Source of the DNA: an uncultured Actinomycetes bacterium
GTDB taxonomy: Bacteria; Actinomycetota; Acidimicrobiia; Acidimicrobiales; Ilumatobacteraceae
Direction: 5' to 3'
NCBI GenBank assembly: GCA_937902105.1
Contig: CALGTP010000696.1
Coordinates: forward strand, 1,209 to 65,208
DNA length: 64,000 nucleotides
A model generated the notes under the pieces. That model ran no database searches, was not told the DNA's origin, and saw nothing but the letters and a program-made list of their open reading frames with translations. The position numbers and the translations under genes were made by a program. This document shows positions 8,893-18,328 of the stretch, piece by piece. The stretch's first letter is position 1, and each line of letters begins with the position of its first letter.

Positions 8893-9153
8893 GTGCCCGA
8901 AGAACGACCACTCTCAGCCCTGCCATCTCGTGGCGCTCGCTCGGCGGCCTTTATCTCTATTATTTTTGGGGGCTTCATCGGCTCATTGATTGGTTACGCC
9001 CTCGTTGACATTCAATACGACGGGCAAAGTTCAGTGCCACTCGGACTCGGGCTATTGATCGGTGCAGTCTTGACCTCAGGTGGCACTTCAATCGTGGCTG
9101 TTCTTAGCCTAAGGGCGCTCGGTGAGTGGCGCGATCTCTCTGACCGCGCATAA
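8893..9153 (+). CDS. Small hypothetical membrane protein
   Basis: 86 aa with two predicted hydrophobic helices (AAFISIIFGGFIGSLIGYALV; LGLGLLIGAVLTSGGTSIVAVL). GTG start. No homology recognised. Confidence 0.4.
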   Translation: MPEERPLSALPSRGARSAAFISIIFGGFIGSLIGYALVDIQYDGQSSVPLGLGLLIGAVLTSGGTSIVAVLSLRALGEWRDLSDRA

Positions 9154-9159
9154 TTATTT

Positions 9160-9951
9160 ATGTCCCCTCTCGTGCCGAACAATGCTCTTGAGTTGATGAA
9201 TATCGCTGCCAGCATTGCGCGCCAGGCAGGTGATCTTGTCGCCACTGGACGCGGTCGAGGAATAGGCAATGTTGACGCCAAATCCTCGCCCACCGATGTC
9301 GTCACTCAGTGGGATCGGGCAAGTGAAAGTCTTATTGTTGGGCGACTAGGACACTTCCGCCCCAACGACTCGGTGCTCGGTGAAGAAGGAACTCGGGCAC
9401 CTGGCACATCAGGCATTACTTGGTTAGTCGATCCCATTGATGGCACGACGAATTTTTTATACAACCTTTCTGGCTATGCCGTCTCCATCGCCGCCACCGA
9501 CACCGCGGGAACTTTGGCTGCTGCGGTCTATCTACCCGTCACTCGCGAACTTTTTGTCGCCGCTCGAGGCTATGGGGCGTGGCTCGGTGCACGGAAATTA
9601 AAATGTTCACCCTGCCAAGACCTCAGCATGGCGCTGATTGGTACCGGGTTCTCCTATTCGCCACAACGCCGTGATGCGCAAGGCGCGCGGATTGCGAAAA
9701 TACTCCCCCAGGTTCGCGATATCAGGCGATGTGGCGCTGCCGCAGCAGATCTCTGCTACGTCGCCGATGGTCGCCTTGACGCCTATTTCGAAGAGTTTCT
9801 GCAACCATGGGATGTAGCCGCAGGCCTTCTGATCGCCATCGAGGCTGGGGCTATCTCCTCTGATTTTTCAGGTTCCCCTATTCGATCTGAGCAAATACTG
9901 CTCAGCGCTCCCGGGATTCACCAAGCCATTTTGGCGATTCTTGACTCGTAA
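9160..9951 (+). CDS. Inositol monophosphatase family protein (SuhB/ImpA/HisN-like)
   Basis: The motifs ...DVVTQWD...E, ...LGEEG... and WLVDPIDGTTNF are the IMPase metal-binding signatures. Confidence 0.85.
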   Translation: MSPLVPNNALELMNIAASIARQAGDLVATGRGRGIGNVDAKSSPTDVVTQWDRASESLIVGRLGHFRPNDSVLGEEGTRAPGTSGITWLVDPIDGTTNFLYNLSGYAVSIAATDTAGTLAAAVYLPVTRELFVAARGYGAWLGARKLKCSPCQDLSMALIGTGFSYSPQRRDAQGARIAKILPQVRDIRRCGAAAADLCYVADGRLDAYFEEFLQPWDVAAGLLIAIEAGAISSDFSGSPIRSEQILLSAPGIHQAILAILDS

Positions 9952-10010
9952 AGATAAAAAACAATTCCAGTTAGCCAACTACTACGCCTTCCATCAGGCA
10001 AGATGTAAGC

Positions 10011-10691
10011 GTGGGAACCAGAATTCTGGCTGTAGAGGATGACGAGCGGATACGCGCTGCAGTCAAATTGGCTTTAGAAGATGAAGGCTGGACTGTTGAT
10101 GAGGCCGCAAGCGGTGAAGAAGCCGTCATTTTGTTCTTACGCCAACCAGCCGATGTCGTACTGATCGACATCATGTTGCCCGGTATTGACGGCTTTGAAC
10201 TGTGTCGAACAATCCGTCGCCACAGTGATGTGCCCATTGTGATGGTCACCGCCAGATCCGACACTCATGATGTTGTCGCTGGCCTCGAGGCAGGTGCTGA
10301 TGACTATCTCACTAAACCATTTGCCCCTAAAGAGTTATCAGCGCGCATCCGTGCGCTGCTTCGACGGGCTCGCCCTGCGCATCCAGCTCACCCGAAACTC
10401 ATCTTCGGCGACCTTGAGATCATTCCTGATGAAGGCAAAGTGTTACGAAATGGCGCGGAACTGGGTCTCACAAAAACTGAGTTTCGACTGCTCTGTGAAC
10501 TCGCCCAAAATCCCGGTCGTGTTTTCAGTCGCGAACAACTGCTTGACGATGTCTGGGGCTACGGATATTTCGGCGATGGTCGCTTAGTCGATGTGCACAT
10601 TCGTCGACTGCGCACAAAAGTAGAAAAAGATCCCGCCAACCCTCGTCACGTGGTAACTGTTCGCGGTCTCGGTTATCGACTTCAGGCCTGA
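10011..10691 (+). CDS. mtrA: OmpR-family response regulator MtrA
   Basis: A REC domain (ILAVEDDERI...DVVLIDIMLPGIDGFELC) is followed by a winged-helix output domain (...LTKTEFRLLCELA.NPGRVFSREQLL..VWGY...VDVHIRRLR.K). It sits directly upstream of the mtrB and lpqB homologues. Confidence 0.9.
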   Translation: MGTRILAVEDDERIRAAVKLALEDEGWTVDEAASGEEAVILFLRQPADVVLIDIMLPGIDGFELCRTIRRHSDVPIVMVTARSDTHDVVAGLEAGADDYLTKPFAPKELSARIRALLRRARPAHPAHPKLIFGDLEIIPDEGKVLRNGAELGLTKTEFRLLCELAQNPGRVFSREQLLDDVWGYGYFGDGRLVDVHIRRLRTKVEKDPANPRHVVTVRGLGYRLQA

Positions 10692-10697
10692 TTCTTC

Positions 10698-12164
10698 GTG
10701 GCCAAAAAATCTGTCATCTCTGAACCAGTCAGTGGGAAGTCGCCGAAAGTTCATCGAACACAGCGCACTCGCCCGCGAATACTCAAACCCATAGGATTGC
10801 GCTCGCGGATTCTGATTACTTTCGGCTTAGGGAGTTTCGCCCTATCGCTTTTCCTTGCTCTAGGGACATACAACTTCACCCGTTCGAACTTGGTTGAAAA
10901 CCGCGAAAAAAATGTCATCGGGCAGGCTTATGAAAATGCCGCTCAATTAGCCATTGATCTTCGCTCAAATCCATCAAATACCCAGACGGTCATCGAACGC
11001 CTCACAGCCAATCGCCCTTTGTTGTATTTCCGTGGCACATGGACAGGTGATAACGCTCGATTTTCATCCAATGTCATTGATCGAGAAATGCTCGTGGCAA
11101 TCATCGACAACCGAGAACCTCGGACCATGCGCATTGAAGTTGACAAGGAATTGGTCTTGGCAATTGGCATCCCCTTGAATTCAGCCGACGCTGCTTATTT
11201 CGAATTTCCCTCAATGAAAGAGGTGCGCTCAACCCTCAACAGCATCAATTTCGCCCTCACCTTGGCCGCAATCATCACCACTCTCTTAGGCGTTTTTCTG
11301 GGTGCAATCCTTGCCTCTCGCGCCGTTCGACCGCTCACCGCCGCAAGTCAGGCGGCCCAAGCGATCGCTGGAGGGCGTCTTGACACTCGACTTGAAGAAA
11401 CAGACGATCCGGATTTGTCGGTCCTCACTTCTTCGTTCAACAACATGGCTGCTGCTCTGGAATTACGTGTGGAACGCGACTCTCGCTTCACGTCTGACGT
11501 CAGTCACGAATTGCGCTCACCATTAATGACCCTCGCGGCATCTGTTGAAGTCATGCACGCTCGTCGCGAAGAGATGCCCGAACGCGCCCAAGTTGCTCTC
11601 GATCTTCTCATCGCTGACGTGGCCCGTTTCCAAGGGCTAGTTGAAGATCTCTTGGAGATTTCGCGCTTTGATGCTGGGGCCATTCGACTGAACGTTGAGG
11701 AGTTGCTCGTGGGTGAATTTGTCCGCCAGGCCATCGCTATCAGCAGTCTCCCGACGACAAGCGTCTTGGTCACCTCAACAGCCGATCAAATCATCATTCG
11801 CGGTGACCGTCGTCGGCTCGCACGCGTCATCGCCAACCTTGTTGATAATGGTCGCGCTTACGGGGGTGGAGAACTAGAGATCTCCGTCTTCGTACCAGAT
11901 GATGAGGATCCACCATCGCAGGTATGGATCACTGTGGAAGATCACGGTCTCGGCGTGCCTCTTGAAGAACGCGATCTCATCTTTGAACGCTTCGCGCGAG
12001 GCGTTGTCGCAGGAAGACGAAGCGGATCTGATGGCGCCGGCTTGGGTCTCTCTCTTGTGGACGAGCACGTCAAACTTCACCGTGGCAGAGTGTGGGTTGA
12101 AGAGCGACAAGACGGTAGCGAAGGCGCCTGCTTTATCATCGAACTACCAGTGGAGAGGGTCTAG
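10698..12164 (+). CDS. mtrB: Sensor histidine kinase MtrB
   Basis: It has two TM segments, a HAMP region, the H-box FTSDVSHELRSPL, and N/G boxes (NLVDNGRAYG; GAGLGLSLV). The mtrA-mtrB-lpqB gene order supports the call. Confidence 0.85.
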   Translation: MAKKSVISEPVSGKSPKVHRTQRTRPRILKPIGLRSRILITFGLGSFALSLFLALGTYNFTRSNLVENREKNVIGQAYENAAQLAIDLRSNPSNTQTVIERLTANRPLLYFRGTWTGDNARFSSNVIDREMLVAIIDNREPRTMRIEVDKELVLAIGIPLNSADAAYFEFPSMKEVRSTLNSINFALTLAAIITTLLGVFLGAILASRAVRPLTAASQAAQAIAGGRLDTRLEETDDPDLSVLTSSFNNMAAALELRVERDSRFTSDVSHELRSPLMTLAASVEVMHARREEMPERAQVALDLLIADVARFQGLVEDLLEISRFDAGAIRLNVEELLVGEFVRQAIAISSLPTTSVLVTSTADQIIIRGDRRRLARVIANLVDNGRAYGGGELEISVFVPDDEDPPSQVWITVEDHGLGVPLEERDLIFERFARGVVAGRRSGSDGAGLGLSLVDEHVKLHRGRVWVEERQDGSEGACFIIELPVERV

Positions 12165-12168
12165 CACT

Positions 12169-12780
12169 ATGCGCACGCCTAGCCGCACTTTGCTTTTATC
12201 AATCATCGTCATACTTGCTGGCGCTTGTTCGTATGGGGCCCAAGATTCTTCGCGAGTCATTGGACGCGATCTGCAAAGCGACATGAACGAGTCATCATCT
12301 TCTGATTCAAGCGAATCGGGCATTGGGCGCATCTACTTACAACGCTCCGATAATGAGAGCACCCAACGCTTGGTCGTGGTTCAACGTGATGTTCTCAATG
12401 AACCGCCCCAGATCATCAATGCCTTGTTTGACGGCCCGACGAACAGTGAACAAGACCAGAGTTTGCGATCAGCCATACCGCAAGGTACGAAACTAATTTC
12501 TGCGCGCTACGTGGCAACAGACATCGTTAAGGTTGATATTTCAGAAAATATCTTTCAGGCCACAGGTGATGACTTGATTTCCGCTGTGGCTCAAATTGTT
12601 TTGACACTCAGCGAAATTCAAGGCGTTGAACGAATCCTCATTGCTGTGCAAGGCAAAACCCAAGAATGGCCACGAGGCGACGGATCGCTCACATCGGAAC
12701 CATTGACGTCTTTTGATTATCCCGGGCGCGCCGCCAGTAGTCAGCCCGCCTTTCCCGCCATCGTCGATCCACTTCTCTAA
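12169..12780 (+). CDS. lpqB: LpqB-like lipoprotein, short form (GerMN-type domain only)
   Basis: The ATG at 12169 lies 5 nt after the mtrB stop; the listed ORF 11899-12780 overlaps mtrB in its 5' part. The signal/lipobox-like sequence is LLLSIIVILAGAC. IYLQR...LVVVQRDV...IINALFDGP looks like a GerMN sporulation/spore-germination-type domain. The protein is only about 203 aa. Confidence 0.65.
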   Translation: MRTPSRTLLLSIIVILAGACSYGAQDSSRVIGRDLQSDMNESSSSDSSESGIGRIYLQRSDNESTQRLVVVQRDVLNEPPQIINALFDGPTNSEQDQSLRSAIPQGTKLISARYVATDIVKVDISENIFQATGDDLISAVAQIVLTLSEIQGVERILIAVQGKTQEWPRGDGSLTSEPLTSFDYPGRAASSQPAFPAIVDPLL

Positions 12781-12801
12781 AAATTCTTTTTAGGGTCTGA
12801 C

Positions 12802-13839
12802 CTAGCCAAAAAAGACATCACCAATTTCGTGGAAGAATTCGAGGTCAACGGTACGAATCTTGCCCACTACATCGCTCAACGGGACCCGACTAATTTTTGT
12901 GGCATCAAGCGACACCATGTACCCAAATGCTCCTTCGTGGACAGCGTCAACAGCAGCCAGACCAAAGCGAGTGCACAAAATACGATCGAAAGCAGTTGGT
13001 GTACCGCCCCTTTGCACATGACCGATTTGCACTACACGGGCTTCAAACCCTGTGCGCTTTTCAATTTCTTCAGCGATTCCCACACATACCCCGCCATAAC
13101 GCGGTCGACCAAGATGATCTGTGGCGTAGTCAATTGGAGTCATCGTTCCGACTATGGGTTGTGCTCCCTCGGCGACAACGACGATTGACGCAAAACGTCC
13201 ACCTTGATGGCGACTTGCGACTTCGGCGCAGACTTCGGCGATGTCAAAAGGTTCTTCGGGTATCAAAATGACGGTTGCTCCTCCGGCGAGACCGGCGTAC
13301 ACCGCAATCCATCCAGTATCTCGACCCATCAACTCGACGACCATGACACGATCATGACTTTCGGCCGTGGTGTGTAGTCGATCAATTGCATCCGTGGCAA
13401 TTTGTACCGCAGTATGAAATCCAAAAGAAAGCTCAGTTCCAAAAACATCATTGTCAATTGTTTTCGGGACACCAACAATCGGCAAATGAGTTTCAGCAAA
13501 CAACAAAGAGGAGACAGTCAGCGAGCCATTTCCACCAATCACTATTAAGGCATCAAGACGTTGTTCGCTAAAGCATTTCTGTACTTCCTGAACTCCATCT
13601 TTCGAATCGTATGGGCTTCCACGCCGGGTACCGAGAATCGTTCCACCGCGTGGCAATAAGCCGCGCACTGCCGATGCCGGCAACTCAATGAAGCGTTGCG
13701 CCATGACCCCATCCCAAGAATCCAGGAATCCAATGAACTCGTCGCCATAAACTGCATCGCCTTTTCGCACAATGGCACGAATGACAGCATTGAGTCCCGG
13801 ACAATCTCCGCCGCCAGTCATGATTCCAATGCGCATCAT
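12802..13839 (-). CDS. pfkA: 6-phosphofructokinase (phosphoryl donor ATP vs PPi not decidable from sequence by eye)
   Basis: The motifs MRIGIMTGGGDCPGLNAVIR, ...IVIGGNGSL..., PIVGVPKTIDNDV and ...MGRDTGWIA... are PFK family A signatures. Confidence 0.9.
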   Translation of the reverse strand: MMRIGIMTGGGDCPGLNAVIRAIVRKGDAVYGDEFIGFLDSWDGVMAQRFIELPASAVRGLLPRGGTILGTRRGSPYDSKDGVQEVQKCFSEQRLDALIVIGGNGSLTVSSLLFAETHLPIVGVPKTIDNDVFGTELSFGFHTAVQIATDAIDRLHTTAESHDRVMVVELMGRDTGWIAVYAGLAGGATVILIPEEPFDIAEVCAEVASRHQGGRFASIVVVAEGAQPIVGTMTPIDYATDHLGRPRYGGVCVGIAEEIEKRTGFEARVVQIGHVQRGGTPTAFDRILCTRFGLAAVDAVHEGAFGYMVSLDATKISRVPLSDVVGKIRTVDLEFFHEIGDVFFG

Positions 13840-13867
13840 GTCAGCCTAGACATGAAACAATGGGGAG

Positions 13868-14215
13868 ATGCCTTGGGATTCGTCGAGAACTGTTAACTGG
13901 CAAAGGCTGATCCGTGAATGGTTGGTGTACGTCGGCGTTATGGCCGTCATATTCACTATTTTTCTACGCGACAAGGTGACCACTGGCTCAGTCATTGGGC
14001 TACTGGCATCTCTGCCAATGTATTTGTTGTTCGGTTGGGTTCTGGCCAAGATCGGTTATCAACGTCAGACATATCGGGCCTTGCGCGAGCAAACACTGGC
14101 TCGTAAAAATGCTCCCCCATCTGCTCCCGAGACGCGCTCGAAGCCTGCAGCCACGCGACGTACAAGTTCTGGACCATCCTCGCGACGTCCGACTAACAAG
14201 CCAAAGAAACGCTAG
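13868..14215 (+). CDS. Hypothetical membrane protein with a basic Pro/Ser/Arg-rich tail
   Basis: 115 aa with two hydrophobic helices and a disordered tail ...PSAPETRSKPAATRRTSSGPSSRRPTNKPKKR. GGGGAG precedes the ATG. glpK starts 3 nt after its stop. Confidence 0.45.
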   Translation: MPWDSSRTVNWQRLIREWLVYVGVMAVIFTIFLRDKVTTGSVIGLLASLPMYLLFGWVLAKIGYQRQTYRALREQTLARKNAPPSAPETRSKPAATRRTSSGPSSRRPTNKPKKR

Positions 14216-14217
14216 TC

Positions 14218-15720
14218 GTGGCGCAGGCCGAGGCGTATGTCCTAGCGATTGACGCTGGTACGACGGGAGTTCGTTGCCGCGCAGTGTTTCAAGATGATCG
14301 ACCGAGCATTGCCTCCTACCAAGAATTCACGCAGTACTTCCCCGAACCAGGCTGGGTCGAACACGATGCTGAAGAAATTTGGCGAGCTGTCGTAGCCACC
14401 TTCAATGATGTCGTGAAACAGGCTGGTCTACCGCGCGCCATCGGTATCACCAATCAACGCGAGACAGTCGTAGCGTGGAATCGAGTGACTGGGCAAGTGT
14501 ACGGTCGAGCAATCGTCTGGCAAGACCGCCGCACCGCTCAACACTGTCAAGACCTTGACCAGGCTGGCCATCTTGCGACCGTGCGTGCCCTCACGGGTCT
14601 TGTCCTCGACCCGTACTTTTCAGGCACGAAGATGTCATGGATGTTGCAACACGGGGTTCCCAAGTCCCCCGATCTTGCTCTGGCGACGATAGACACCTGG
14701 CTGCTATGGAAGTTGACCGATGGCGCAGTGTTCGCAACTGATCCCTCCAACGCCAGCCGCACCATGCTGTTTGATATCACGACCCTCATGTGGAGCCCAA
14801 CGATGAGTGAGATTCTCGGAGTTCCACTTGAGTATTTGGCTGAGGTCAGACCCTCTAGCGGTCGCTTCGGCATCACCGCTACCTCAGAACTTCCCCTCGG
14901 TATCGCGATCTCAGGAATCGCCGGCGATCAACAAGCAGCCCTTTTTGGACAAGCTTGTTTCGACGATGGGATGGCTAAAAATACTTACGGCACCGGCAGT
15001 TTCATCCTCATGAATGTTGGAGATTCCTGTCCTCCGGCATCACAAGGTTTACTGACCACAGTGGCCTGGTCGATCAAAAATAGTGATGGCACAGTAACCA
15101 CTGCTTACGCCCTTGAGGGGGCAATCTTTGTGACTGGAGCGGCGGTGCAGTGGTTGCGCGATGCTCTCGGGATCATCTCCTCATCAGAGGAAATTGGTCC
15201 TCTCGCCGAATCAGTAGTCGATAACGGTGGAGTCTTTGTCGTGCCAGCATTCACAGGGCTGGGAAGCCCTTGGTGGGATCCATATGCCAGAGGCACCGTC
15301 GTGGGAATTACTCGCGGCACTACTCGTGCTCATATTGCGCGTGCAGTTGTTGAAGCCATGGCCCTCCAAACACGTGATGCTATTGAAGCCATGAGCACTG
15401 CGAGTGGTCAAACGATCGCTGAACTACGCGTTGACGGAGGAGCATCGGTGATGGATCTTCTTCTAGAAATCCAAGCTGACCAACTTGGTATTCCCGTACG
15501 TCGTCCAGTCGATCAAGAGACCACCGCCCTTGGGGCGGCTTTCTTGGCTGGTCTTGCCGAAAATGTTTGGCCATCCCTTGAAGCTTTGAGGACACGTTGG
15601 AAGACCGATCTCTTGGTCACTCCACATGACGCCGAGTCTGGCGAACGCAAGGCCGCTGATATCTTGCACGCCACATGGCTACGCGCTGTGCAACGTTCTC
15701 TGCAATGGGCTGAGCATTAG
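14218..15720 (+). CDS. glpK: Glycerol kinase
   Basis: 500 aa. The motifs AIDAGTTGVRC, ...GITNQRETVVAWN..., ...IAGDQQAALFGQ.CF and ...NTYGTGSF... are FGGY/GlpK signatures. Confidence 0.95.
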   Translation: MAQAEAYVLAIDAGTTGVRCRAVFQDDRPSIASYQEFTQYFPEPGWVEHDAEEIWRAVVATFNDVVKQAGLPRAIGITNQRETVVAWNRVTGQVYGRAIVWQDRRTAQHCQDLDQAGHLATVRALTGLVLDPYFSGTKMSWMLQHGVPKSPDLALATIDTWLLWKLTDGAVFATDPSNASRTMLFDITTLMWSPTMSEILGVPLEYLAEVRPSSGRFGITATSELPLGIAISGIAGDQQAALFGQACFDDGMAKNTYGTGSFILMNVGDSCPPASQGLLTTVAWSIKNSDGTVTTAYALEGAIFVTGAAVQWLRDALGIISSSEEIGPLAESVVDNGGVFVVPAFTGLGSPWWDPYARGTVVGITRGTTRAHIARAVVEAMALQTRDAIEAMSTASGQTIAELRVDGGASVMDLLLEIQADQLGIPVRRPVDQETTALGAAFLAGLAENVWPSLEALRTRWKTDLLVTPHDAESGERKAADILHATWLRAVQRSLQWAEH

Positions 15721-15724
15721 TTCT

Positions 15725-16369
15725 TCAGTCAAAACCGACAAAAGCAGAACTGACGATACGCGCAATTAACGTGACGTGTTGGCGCTCACGCAAACGAAAG
15801 GCCCCGCGAATGCGACCAATCACTATCACTGCATCCAAAAGATCTAACGGTGCCCAAGCAATGTCTGCTGGAGTGTGTTCGTGAGCGGCGTCACCGGCAA
15901 GATGAGTTGTGCCAGCCAAAAATGCAATAACCCATGGCAAGTCTGGGACATCACCTGATACTGCTAAAGGAATCGCAGCGTCCCTTCGCATGATCGTGCA
16001 CCAATCAGATTCCAGCATCTCACGCACCAGCTCGCAGGTCGCCTCTAGACGTTCATCTCGTGGAGACTCCATGATCCGCGCCGCAGTATCAAGAGCCAAA
16101 ACACTTTGGTCTGGTCGGTCAAGGGCCACGGTGTGAATATCTTCAACGGCCACACCCTCCACCTGACTCACTTCAGCAATCAATTGCTCCATTGCATTTT
16201 CTGCGTCGGAAGGAATGACAACGATCAATTCGTCAATCGCCATACCCGCGCCACGCTCTAAAATCTCGATGCCAATCACATCTCCACCGGCCTGACCAAT
16301 GGCCGCCGCGACGCGACCTAGAGTTCCGGGAAAGTCTGGCAGCCAGAGTCGAAGCACGAAGGTTTGCAC
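15725..16369 (-). CDS. ACT domain-containing protein with an uncharacterised C-terminal domain
   Basis: The N-terminus LRLWLPDFPGTLGRVAAAIGQAGGDVIGIEI has the typical ACT fold signature. The remaining ~130 aa are unassigned. Confidence 0.6.
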   Translation of the reverse strand: MQTFVLRLWLPDFPGTLGRVAAAIGQAGGDVIGIEILERGAGMAIDELIVVIPSDAENAMEQLIAEVSQVEGVAVEDIHTVALDRPDQSVLALDTAARIMESPRDERLEATCELVREMLESDWCTIMRRDAAIPLAVSGDVPDLPWVIAFLAGTTHLAGDAAHEHTPADIAWAPLDLLDAVIVIGRIRGAFRLRERQHVTLIARIVSSAFVGFD

Positions 16370-16422
16370 GTCAGCAGACTAACCACTCTGATGTCACGAG
16401 ATCGTGAACGAGAGGTGTCCTT

Positions 16423-17364
16423 TTAGTGCGTTTGAGTCGCCAACAGCGCAGCCCCGATGGCGCCGGCTTGCTCGCCAAAGTGCGCGACGACAACTTTAGG
16501 GTGGGGCCGCAAGGTTGGTGCATACAAAATCTCGCTGAAGGCGCGCCGAACAGGGTCAAGAAATACATCCCCTGAAGCTGCTACACCGCCACCAATGACA
16601 AACATCTCAGGGTCAAGAGCATTAGTCAGGTTGGCGAGACCAAGGGCGATCCAATGGGCGAATTCATCAATGATCAATAAGGCTTCGGCATCCCCCATGG
16701 TGACGGCACGAACGACATGCTCCCCACGTATCAGTTCAATCGATCCAGCGAGTTCAAGAATGCACTTTTGCTTGCCCCCTTCGGCAGCCTGCCGCGCAAT
16801 GTGAGCCAATCCATTGCCCGAGGCGTAACGCTCCCAACAACCTCGCCGACCGCACGGACACAAAGGGCCATCAGGTTCGACAATCATGTGTCCGATTTCG
16901 CCAGCGAAACCATTAGCGCCACGAATCAACTGACCGCCGGCGATAATACCGCCGCCGTTTCCCGTTCCGAGGGCGACAACAACGACATCTTGACAACCCA
17001 TTGCCGCACCAGCGGACCATTCGGCGACTGTGGCGCATGTGGCATCGTTATCCACCCAAACTTGAGTCCCCAGTCGCTCGCTCAATAAGGCCCCAATAGG
17101 GAAATCAGTAATTCCCTGCAGATTTGGCGAAGCACGTAGAACCCCACCGCGAGCAACAAGTCCACATATTCCAACGCCAACCGAATCAACCTCGCCAAAG
17201 TCGTTGACAATTGATGTCAAAACATCAGTTAGCGCATCTGCTCCGTCTGGGGTCATTCGGCGAACTTCGTCGACAATTCGACCCTCACTCCAAACAACGC
17301 CCAAACATTTGGTCCCGCCGACATCAATGCCAACTCGCCGCGATGTGTCTACAGTCGAACTCAC
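16423..17364 (-). CDS. ROK family glucokinase
   Basis: The motifs VGIDVGGTKCLGVV, ...DNDATCA...E and GEIGHMIVEPDGPLCPCGRRGCWERYASG are ROK/glucokinase signatures. Confidence 0.85.
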   Translation of the reverse strand: MSSTVDTSRRVGIDVGGTKCLGVVWSEGRIVDEVRRMTPDGADALTDVLTSIVNDFGEVDSVGVGICGLVARGGVLRASPNLQGITDFPIGALLSERLGTQVWVDNDATCATVAEWSAGAAMGCQDVVVVALGTGNGGGIIAGGQLIRGANGFAGEIGHMIVEPDGPLCPCGRRGCWERYASGNGLAHIARQAAEGGKQKCILELAGSIELIRGEHVVRAVTMGDAEALLIIDEFAHWIALGLANLTNALDPEMFVIGGGVAASGDVFLDPVRRAFSEILYAPTLRPHPKVVVAHFGEQAGAIGAALLATQTH

Positions 17365-17368
17365 GGGT

Positions 17369-17809
17369 TCACCCCTGAGATTCAGCTTGAACCTTCAATT
17401 GCTTGACGGTATTCAAGATACGCACTTCAGCGCGTCGCTTCACGAAGCCAGGCAGCGGTACTACAAGTTCAATGGACAAGTTGTAGGTCAAGACCACCCC
17501 TCCACTCGACTCGGGAGAAAACATAAATGCTCCATCAACGGCGCGCATAATGTCACCCGAAACCATGTGCCACGCCAATCGTGCAGGTGCGGCGCTGTAG
17601 TCATAGGACAAGGTGTAATGCGTGCTGCGGCCAAGAGCCGAGGTACGAAATTCAACCTGAGTTGCTCGACCTTGATCATCACGGGCAAGAACAACTGCCG
17701 ACTTAATATCGTGGGCCCACTCAGGGTATCGCTCAAATGCTGTTGCGATATCCCAACATTTGTCATGAGGGGCATTGATAGTGATCGTCAAAGACGCCGT
17801 GTCGGCCAT
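17369..17809 (-). CDS. SRPBCC (cyclase/dehydrase, START-like) family protein
   Basis: 146 aa. The size and the pattern ...I.INAP.DKCWDI...ERYPEW... are typical of the polyketide_cyc2/SRPBCC fold. It lies immediately upstream of, and 4 nt from, the glucokinase gene. Confidence 0.65.
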   Translation of the reverse strand: MADTASLTITINAPHDKCWDIATAFERYPEWAHDIKSAVVLARDDQGRATQVEFRTSALGRSTHYTLSYDYSAAPARLAWHMVSGDIMRAVDGAFMFSPESSGGVVLTYNLSIELVVPLPGFVKRRAEVRILNTVKQLKVQAESQG

Positions 17810-17818
17810 TACTTAGTT

Positions 17819-18328
17819 CTAGCCGATCGGATCAGTGTCAGGGTGGCAAACAGCGACCTCAGTCCCATGTTTTAGTCGTCGCGGAGCAAATTTTCCGTGA
17901 CTGGCCGCCCATAAACCGTTGAGTCCAAGACCCAAGACGGGCACCAGTACGCCAAAGGCCAAGGTGGAACCAGGCTTGCTACCCAGTCCATCGCTGCTCG
18001 GACTGTTTGGCCGCGAGAGCGCCGTGCCCAGGGCAACCAAAATTTGCGTTGCTAAGCAGGAATGCATGGCGATTTTGACGCTTCGCGGGATGACCGGACC
18101 CATGAGGAAATACAGTTCGGCGACAGAGATCTCTTCTTGCCGACTGCGCTGGACAGCAGTCCAATAGCCCCACAGAAAAACCCCTGTCCCGATAGCAAAC
18201 AGCACGAGCGCCACGACAACTCCTTGCGACTTGGCGAGGCCATCAAAAACTATTCCTGCCCACAGAGCCGACACCGAAAAAATCAGTGTTCCCAAAATAT
18301 TGAAACGAATAATTCTGAGACCGTTCAT
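17819..18328 (-). CDS. Hypothetical integral membrane protein
   Basis: It has four or more hydrophobic helices. The ORF starts at GTG 18334, but the ATG at 18328 gives an ATGA overlap with the upstream glycosyltransferase stop. Confidence 0.5.
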   Translation of the reverse strand: MNGLRIIRFNILGTLIFSVSALWAGIVFDGLAKSQGVVVALVLFAIGTGVFLWGYWTAVQRSRQEEISVAELYFLMGPVIPRSVKIAMHSCLATQILVALGTALSRPNSPSSDGLGSKPGSTLAFGVLVPVLGLGLNGLWAASHGKFAPRRLKHGTEVAVCHPDTDPIG

